Below, one piece after another: positions 57,768 through 64,000 of a stretch of 64,000 nt of DNA. Each line of letters opens with the position of its first letter. Position 1 is the stretch's first letter. A model generated the notes under the pieces. It was given only the letters and a program-made list of their open reading frames with translations. It did no database searches and was not told the origin of the DNA. The translations under genes and the position numbers were made by a program. The stretch spans positions 24,321 through 88,320 of the forward strand of contig CAZVGK010000009.1 in NCBI GenBank assembly GCA_964626665.1, read 5' to 3'. This DNA is from an uncultured Gemmatimonadota bacterium. Lineage in GTDB: Bacteria > SM23-81 > DAOVCL01.

Positions 57768-59576
57768 TTAACGGATTAAGGCGAGTTTCCTCACCTGACT
57801 GAAACCGCCTGTCTTCAGGCGGCAAAAATAGATCCCACTTACCACCTCCTTTCCTTGGTTATCCCTCCCATCCCACACTACCCGGTAACTCCCCGCTTTT
57901 TGTTTCTTATCTACTAAGGTTATCACCTCCTCTCCTAAGATATTGTAGATCTTCAGGGTGGTGCGGACGGGGGAATTCTTAATTCTTAATTCATAATTAA
58001 TAATTGTGGTTGCGTTAAACGGATTCGGATAGTTCTGCAACAGAGCAAAATGAGAGGGCAAAACTTCCCTGTGCTCCGGCTCAACCCAGTCCACCATCCC
58101 AAGAGACCCAGCAGCATTCACCTGCTGCCCATAGACATCCCAAACAGTTTGGTAGTTCAACTCTGTCCAGACAATTATGGCTCCACCGGAACCATCGGAT
58201 ACTATCCTCTGACAATATTGAGTCCGAATCTTCCTCGATATGGGAATACCGTTCTCTTCCCATCTCACCACTCCCGCAGAATCTATCCTCTGGCCATAGA
58301 TGTCAAGGTCATATACCTCATTCCGTCCATCCTCCCAGGCTATGATCACCCCACCGGTGCCATCGGTGCACATCACCATTCTACCCGGATATCCCACGGC
58401 TCCATCGCAGATCAGCACTCCCTCCTCATCCCATAACAGATTTCCCAGGCTGTCAATCCACTGAGCATATTCGCTCCGATGCACTCCCCAAAGGGTATCT
58501 GCAACAGACCAGTTTATGATGGCTCCTCCCCTTTCGTCGGGAAAACCTCCTCCACCAAGTTCTAATCCCACAGGAGAGACCTGAACCCCACCTTCCCCCC
58601 ATAGAAGATTGCCATCTCCATCCAACCTCTGTGCCTTCACGCTCCTATAAATATTATACTCGTCATCCATTCCCTCATACTTGAGACCAACCAAAATGGC
58701 ACCTCCATCCCTCATAGGATGCAAACTGCCAACCACAGTGCTCTCTGGTGCCTCAGGCCAGGGGTGAATCAGATTCTCTCCCCAGAGCTTGTGGCCATCC
58801 CCACCCACCCGCTGAAAATAGCCATCCTCATAGCAGAATATGGCTCCACCTTGTCCATCGGAGACTAGATCGGTATTCCCCCAGTAGAAACTGTCCGGGT
58901 CGTGATAACAGAGCATCTTCACCCCAAGCGAATCCCACAGGAACTTCCCCTCCGGGCTCATCCTCTGCAGCCACACCTTCATCTCCTCATCCTTGATATA
59001 CCTGCTCTTCACAAAGATGATCCCTCCCTCCCCATCATTAACCATATTATACGCCCTATAAAAGGTGTCACCCATCAAATAATTCATCGGGGTCATCTGG
59101 ATGCCCTCCTCCCCCCAAAGGGGGTTGGCCAGAGAGTCATACCTCTGAAAATAGACCATAGAACTGTCCTCCAGAAGAGTTTGGTGATTAAAATAGGCAT
59201 CACGAATTATCAGATACCAACCACCATCGTTGTTTCTCAGGAGCCCATCGCGAGCGATGAGTCTCCCATAATAGTCGCCCACTGAATCCTGTATCAGCCT
59301 GGCAGAGCTACCCCAGAGCAAATAGCCCTCTCTGTCTATATGCTGGGCATAGTACTGCATGTTCCCCGGGTATGGGCCTGTTGTGTGATCGAAAATAACT
59401 ATCGCTCCTCCAGCGCTGTCTGATAGCAAACAACCTGGAGGAACCCCCTGCTCACCATACCAGTTGCAGATAGGGGTGTTCTCGGTGCAATCCTGGGACC
59501 ACTGAGCCTTCACCGAAGTGGCCATCATAATGAAGCCAACAACCAACAAAATGCCCTTAACTATTCTTTTCATCAT
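57768..59576 (-). CDS. Secreted repeat (beta-propeller-like) protein with CTD
   Basis: Repeats 'DG.GGAII.W...QR.D..G..LWG..G'; signal peptide; CTD. Confidence 0.8.
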   Translation of the reverse strand: MMKRIVKGILLVVGFIMMATSVKAQWSQDCTENTPICNWYGEQGVPPGCLLSDSAGGAIVIFDHTTGPYPGNMQYYAQHIDREGYLLWGSSARLIQDSVGDYYGRLIARDGLLRNNDGGWYLIIRDAYFNHQTLLEDSSMVYFQRYDSLANPLWGEEGIQMTPMNYLMGDTFYRAYNMVNDGEGGIIFVKSRYIKDEEMKVWLQRMSPEGKFLWDSLGVKMLCYHDPDSFYWGNTDLVSDGQGGAIFCYEDGYFQRVGGDGHKLWGENLIHPWPEAPESTVVGSLHPMRDGGAILVGLKYEGMDDEYNIYRSVKAQRLDGDGNLLWGEGGVQVSPVGLELGGGGFPDERGGAIINWSVADTLWGVHRSEYAQWIDSLGNLLWDEEGVLICDGAVGYPGRMVMCTDGTGGVIIAWEDGRNEVYDLDIYGQRIDSAGVVRWEENGIPISRKIRTQYCQRIVSDGSGGAIIVWTELNYQTVWDVYGQQVNAAGSLGMVDWVEPEHREVLPSHFALLQNYPNPFNATTIINYELRIKNSPVRTTLKIYNILGEEVITLVDKKQKAGSYRVVWDGRDNQGKEVVSGIYFCRLKTGGFSQVRKLALIR

Positions 59577-59607
59577 CTCCCTCCCTTGCTTAGCTTCTTG
59601 AGACCTT

Positions 59608-59775
59608 GTGCTGTCAAGACCCTTCCCTTTTGTGCTGTCAGGGTTCCTGCCCTGACAGATCCAACAAAGTGAATTTTTGCAGGGGTCGGATTCATCCGAC
59701 CCGCCTCCACGTGAGGCGTCAGAACCCCGATTCTGACGCTCCCCCCGTGCTGTCAGGACTTCCGTCCTGACAGTT
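59608..59775. repeat. Cluster of REP-like palindromes
   Basis: CTGTCAGGG..CCCTGACAG, GGGTCGGA..TCCGACCC, GCGTCAGAA..TTCTGACGC, CTGTCAGGAC..GTCCTGACAG. Confidence 0.7.
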
Positions 59776-59795
59776 CCAACCTATAGTAGAAAAAC

Positions 59796-61955
59796 TCACC
59801 GCAAAAGCAACATCTTCCTTGTTTGACTAAACTTGCCAGCCTTAAGCTGATAGAAGTAGATCCCTGATGCAACATCCATCCCATTGTTATTCCTTCCATT
59901 CCACACTGCCTCATATCTCCCAGGTTTCAACTTCTCATCAACTAATGTTTTTACTTCCTGTCCTAATAAGTTGTAGATTTTTAAGCTGACTGCTGACTGC
60001 TGACCGCTGATTGCTGGGAAGTGGTAGTGGATGGCGGTGGAGCCATTAAACGGATTGGGGTAGTTCTGGGAGAGAGAAAAAGAGCGAGGCACAAACCCAG
60101 GCCTAATTGTCTGCACACCTTCCAACTCAAACCAATCATTCAGAATATTCAACATTAGCGTATCCGCCTGGGGAGTAAGGGTGCTGGTATCCCCACAGTC
60201 GACAATTGCTTCAAAACACCAGGGTAGAAAGACCGTCTTAAACCCTTTGGGACCACCTAACCTGGTGCCACTGTATTCCCCGCTTTTCCCTCCCTTGAAG
60301 ATGTTTACTCCCTCTTTTGTAGCCTGGGTATAATCAGCCCAGTTGGCCACCCCTATACAACTTGGATGTAGCTCCACAGGCTCATTATAGAAACTCCCAG
60401 ATACAGGATCTGTCTCATCTAAAGCATAAAATGTTGTATCTCCCAGACTGATGGTATCCTGCATATTGGGATCGCTAACACAGGATTGAACCCCCAGATA
60501 GTCATAGGCAAACCCCCCAGGCTCAAAACTGACCTCTACCCCAGTCTCTATACCTTTCCTCCAGAAATAGTCCTGATCAGCCAGAAAAAGCTTCCCTCCA
60601 CCATCCAGATACCTGATGAGCGGATGATCAACCTCCAAACCATCCGGCTGAGGCAGGTATCCACATCCCCAGCCAAACCAGATTACCGCATCCCATCCCT
60701 TTCCCTCATAGCTATGGAGGACAACCGAGCTATCTATCCCCCTGTTCTCCTCAGCAAACCAGGTAGGCTCATAGGAATATCCAAGCCTGTCCAACAAATC
60801 CTCATAGTATCCAGCCCTCTGCTTGCTAACACTCCCGTCCCCTACGAGGAGTATCCCCGCCCCGGGGTTCTGAGGCTCCTTGATAACAAAGGACTTAACC
60901 CCCTCTGTTGGATAACCCATCCAATCGCTGGGATTGCCATCGTTGTCCACACAGGTGCACCAGTAGATTATCGTATCACCGATGGAGAATGGACCAGGAA
61001 GATAACCGGTGGCTGTGGTGTAGCTACCTTTCTTTGCCTTGGTTAACCCCATAGAAACCTCAGATGTGTCCTCTGAACCACTTATGGTATAATGCAAGGT
61101 AGCCTCAGTGATCCAGCCATCAGGATCGGACATCTGGGCAGTTATCTTGATGTTCTCCCTCAACCAGGTATTGCTCCTCTGCTCGGATTTTGCTGTAGGA
61201 CGAAAATACGGATTCCCGTAATAACGGACAACGGCCTTCATCATAATCTCAGGGCACCAACGCGGCTCTGGCTCCTGACCAGGCGAATAATAATAGATGA
61301 AATACCAGTGGCCATCATGTTGGTAAGTAAACCGCCAATGCTGGGTATAATTATAGGGAGGATAGTAAGGTTCATAGAAGCTATAATCGTCCATATAAAT
61401 GTAAGGCTTCCCCTCACTGTCAGACTTATAGCCAATCCCAAAGAGGCTATCCCTTGGAAGCTCCAATACATAGCCGCTGGGAAATTCCCTGAAATCACAC
61501 CACTCCCAACCACCAGTTCCGGAGATGTTCCACTCGACTGGGCCAGGCAACTCATTATCAGTCACTGGCCAAGGGTGTGAAGAATCACTGGAGGTGTATC
61601 CATATCTGCTAACAAAGAGCTTTGCCGTCCCTGAGCTGGCAAATACACCACCGACTGCATATAGGGAACAAGGGGCAAGAGGTTTAAACCAGTTTACTGT
61701 GCTATCATAAGAGGTCAAGTATTCGCCAAAATCAGCAAAGGGACCATCAATACACCAGGTCATAGTATCAATACATACACCATCAACTGATACTATGTGA
61801 TGGCTTAGACCTGAATCTTCAACAAATTCGGCCTCTCCATGATTTACCGAGGTCAACCCAAGCCTGTAGTCCCCCACACCTGAGGCATATAGGGGAATAG
61901 CGGCCAGGGCCAGGATAATTGCCAAGAATACAAATCCTATACTGATCTTACGCAT
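59796..61955 (-). CDS. Secreted protein with 'ILLVGD' alpha/beta module and CTD
   Basis: Signal peptide; AVIWFGW...YLDGGGKLFLADQDY; CTD; GGAGG RBS. Confidence 0.8.
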   Translation of the reverse strand: MRKISIGFVFLAIILALAAIPLYASGVGDYRLGLTSVNHGEAEFVEDSGLSHHIVSVDGVCIDTMTWCIDGPFADFGEYLTSYDSTVNWFKPLAPCSLYAVGGVFASSGTAKLFVSRYGYTSSDSSHPWPVTDNELPGPVEWNISGTGGWEWCDFREFPSGYVLELPRDSLFGIGYKSDSEGKPYIYMDDYSFYEPYYPPYNYTQHWRFTYQHDGHWYFIYYYSPGQEPEPRWCPEIMMKAVVRYYGNPYFRPTAKSEQRSNTWLRENIKITAQMSDPDGWITEATLHYTISGSEDTSEVSMGLTKAKKGSYTTATGYLPGPFSIGDTIIYWCTCVDNDGNPSDWMGYPTEGVKSFVIKEPQNPGAGILLVGDGSVSKQRAGYYEDLLDRLGYSYEPTWFAEENRGIDSSVVLHSYEGKGWDAVIWFGWGCGYLPQPDGLEVDHPLIRYLDGGGKLFLADQDYFWRKGIETGVEVSFEPGGFAYDYLGVQSCVSDPNMQDTISLGDTTFYALDETDPVSGSFYNEPVELHPSCIGVANWADYTQATKEGVNIFKGGKSGEYSGTRLGGPKGFKTVFLPWCFEAIVDCGDTSTLTPQADTLMLNILNDWFELEGVQTIRPGFVPRSFSLSQNYPNPFNGSTAIHYHFPAISGQQSAVSLKIYNLLGQEVKTLVDEKLKPGRYEAVWNGRNNNGMDVASGIYFYQLKAGKFSQTRKMLLLR

Positions 61956-62150
61956 TTCTTCCTCCTTGTTTCAACTAAATTTCTCCCGGGGCAAAGCTGG
62001 TGTATGTGGCTTTGTTCACCTATGCCCCATAGGAGCAATAACGCTAAAATCTTATCTGTTCCTTAATTGCACCCCCTTGGTAAAATGTGCCTCACCAAAA
62101 TTTATACTCCTCTCAATCTTTCAGGTCAAGGGATTTATAGCAGATTCCCT

Positions 62151-62309
62151 CTACCAGTCACTTGGATCTCTGTCTTCCCAGTACTGGGAATCAGACCCCT
62201 GGGTGAAAAAATCCTTGATCTTTTGCCACAGCCCTTTTTTCTTAGGCGGTTTCTCCTGGTCAAGCTTTGAGCTTATTTTGGGTTGCAGATTTTTGTGGCC
62301 AGATTCCAT
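62151..62309 (-). CDS. 52-aa small protein MESGHKNLQPKISSKLDQEKPPKKKGLWQKIKDFFTQGSDSQYWEDRDPSDW
   Basis: GGAGGAGGAG RBS before the ATG; amphipathic GLWQKIKDFF helix. Confidence 0.55.
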   Translation of the reverse strand: MESGHKNLQPKISSKLDQEKPPKKKGLWQKIKDFFTQGSDSQYWEDRDPSDW

Positions 62310-62686
62310 AAGGTACACTCCTCCTCCAATAGCAGGTTTTAGGTGATAGAGACCCTTTCTCCACCCCCCAAAAGAGAGAAAATAAAAATGGAAATTCCTC
62401 GCCCCCTTGCCCCCCATCTCTGGGGGGTAAGGTTCTACCGCATTTTAGTGCAGGGTTGGAATCCTTCAGAGCCATTATGGAGTGCGTCACCCCCTGTTGA
62501 TGTATGCCGTGACAGGGGTCACAGCACCCTAAAGGGGCTGAAACCATAATGACCCCGGCTAAAGCAGGTAGAAGAAAGTTCTCTTGGGTGGGACAGGGCA
62601 GAAGCCCTGCCCCACCACCTTTTGGAGGAAAGCAAAATGGCAAGGAAGGGAGAAAGCATAGCCCTTCACCTGCACAATCTTTAACT

Positions 62687-62702
62687 TGCGAATTCTGTGC
62701 CG
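62687..62702 (-). promoter_or_regulatory. sigma54 (-24/-12) promoter candidate
   Basis: Minus strand CGGCACAGAATTCGCA = GG-N10-GC, next to a sigma54 activator gene. Confidence 0.55.
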
Positions 62703-62810
62703 AGTTAGAAATAAAAAACCGCTTAAGTTGCTAAGCGGCAATTAAATAAAGAGTTGATGGGAAAATTTTTATTTTCTGAAAAGTTTCCTCCCTCGAAAGT
62801 TATGTAAAAT

Positions 62811-62916
62811 GGTAACTATGTTACCTCTTTGAAAAGGCCATTTTCTTTTATCTCATTGTGAAATAAGCCATTAAACTTTAGGTAACTAAATTAGTAGACT
62901 TGGAAACTATATTACC
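62811..62916. promoter_or_regulatory. Three copies of palindromic GGTAACTATNTTACC-like site (putative enhancer/UAS)
   Basis: 62811 GGTAACTATGTTACC; 62881 GGTAACTAAATTAGT; 62902 GGAAACTATATTACC. Confidence 0.5.
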
Positions 62917-62918
62917 AT

Positions 62919-64000
62919 TTATGTCCTCTCACAAATATTGTATCTTGCTATCTTCTTTCTTAATCCTAACCGACTTAGTCCCAATGCCTCCGCAGCCTTA
63001 CTCTTATTCCACCTCTGCTTAGCAAGCTCGGCTATGATCATCGCCCTCTCCAGTTGCCCCACTCTTTCCTTCAAAATCTTAGACTCAGCATCAATCCCTT
63101 CCGAAGCATCCTGTTTTACATCTAGCCCTATCAAGTCCGGTGTCAACATAGCTCCCTCATCGGCCAGGGTTACGGCTCTTTCTATTCGGTGTTCGAGTTC
63201 CCTTACATTCCCTGGCCAATCATAGGCAGTGAGAAGATCCATCGCCTCCTGGGTTACTCCCTTTACCTCATCTTTCCTTCTCTGAGCGGAAAGTCCCAGG
63301 AAATGATAGACGAGCGGCGGGATATCCTCCTTCCTCTCCCTTAGGGGGGGAAGCTTTATCTCTACCCCTGTTAGCCTGTAGTAGAGATCCTTGCGGAACT
63401 TACCAGCTTTTACCATCCTCTCCAAGTTCTTGTTGGTGGCCGAGATTATGCTCACCTCCACCTTCCGGGCCTTTGTCTCCCCTATCTTCCTTACCTCCAT
63501 CTCCTCTAATACCCGCAGCAGCTTGGCCTGCAACTCTCCACTGGCATTGGCCACCTCATCCAGGAAGAGTGTCCCTCCCTGAGCCTCCTCAAAGAGACCC
63601 TTCTCATCCTGGATGGCATTGGTGAAGGAACCCTTCTTGTGGCCAAAGAGCTCGCTCTCCAGGAGGGTATCGGTGAAGGCGGCACAGTTTACCGGCAGAA
63701 ACCTCTTGTCCCTCCTCTGACTGCTATAATGAATAGCTTCGGCCATAAGCTCCTTGCCGGTTCCCGTCTCCCCCTGGATGAGGATGGGAAGTCGGGAGTC
63801 CCTGAAGCTCTGGGCAGTTCTTAGAGCCTCCTCCATCTTGGGGTTGAGGGTGACTATGTTCCCAAAGCCATACTTCTCCTCCAACCTCTTCCTGAGACCC
63901 TTTACCTCCTTCTTCAGTTCCTCCTTTTGTAGCTCTGCTACCTTGAGCTGGATAAGTCCCGCTGAGAGAACGAAGAAATTCAAGTCCTTCTGCTGAAAAG
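62919..64000 (-). CDS. sigma54-dependent Fis-family transcriptional activator (bEBP), 5' part outside window
   Basis: GETGTGKE, ESELFGH, GSFTNA, GGTLFLDE, FR.DLYYRL, WPGNVREL, C-terminal HTH; frame open to window edge. Confidence 0.92.
   Translation of the reverse strand, partial: FQQKDLNFFVLSAGLIQLKVAELQKEELKKEVKGLRKRLEEKYGFGNIVTLNPKMEEALRTAQSFRDSRLPILIQGETGTGKELMAEAIHYSSQRRDKRFLPVNCAAFTDTLLESELFGHKKGSFTNAIQDEKGLFEEAQGGTLFLDEVANASGELQAKLLRVLEEMEVRKIGETKARKVEVSIISATNKNLERMVKAGKFRKDLYYRLTGVEIKLPPLRERKEDIPPLVYHFLGLSAQRRKDEVKGVTQEAMDLLTAYDWPGNVRELEHRIERAVTLADEGAMLTPDLIGLDVKQDASEGIDAESKILKERVGQLERAMIIAELAKQRWNKSKAAEALGLSRLGLRKKIARYNICERT

Noticed and set aside
373-63996. Numerous short antisense or overlapping ORFs in the six-frame track
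   Set aside because: They are shadows of long motif-bearing genes, without RBS or family motifs.

Overview
Bacterial window; the gene content suggests an FCB-superphylum candidate lineage (inference). It is dominated by 16 large secreted proteins plus one decayed remnant, all ending in the same FlgD-Ig/T9SS-type C-terminal sorting domain (CTD; 'L.QN[YF]PNPFN...G[VI]YFY.L.AG.F...KM.LL[KR]'). They include an M14 carboxypeptidase, two papain-like C1A proteases, an M1 aminopeptidase, an M6 metalloprotease, FG-GAP/BNR/beta-propeller proteins and a beta-helix protein. Six genes at 4.6-28 kb carry dockerin-like and/or cohesin-like modules, suggesting a cellulosome-like but proteolytic extracellular complex that is being reshuffled (one 377-bp block is identical in two genes). 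Embedded in this cluster is a ~1.8-kb IS-like element: two DUF1670-type genes bounded by perfect 14-bp terminal inverted repeats, with no recognisable DDE transposase. Features missed by the ORF track include a UGA-readthrough UshA-like selenoprotein (28562-29602) and a solitary integron cassette carrying a DUF4160/DUF2442 toxin-antitoxin pair with a canonical attC site (40997-41588). Others are a MITE-like remnant of a GxxExxY gene, an interrupted gamma-carbonic anhydrase, a frameshifted beta-helix gene, a sigma54 promoter with palindromic enhancer sites, and many REP/MITE-like repeats, some of them translated inside the CTDs. A housekeeping block lies at 30-40.7 kb. No rRNA, tRNA or CRISPR array was seen.
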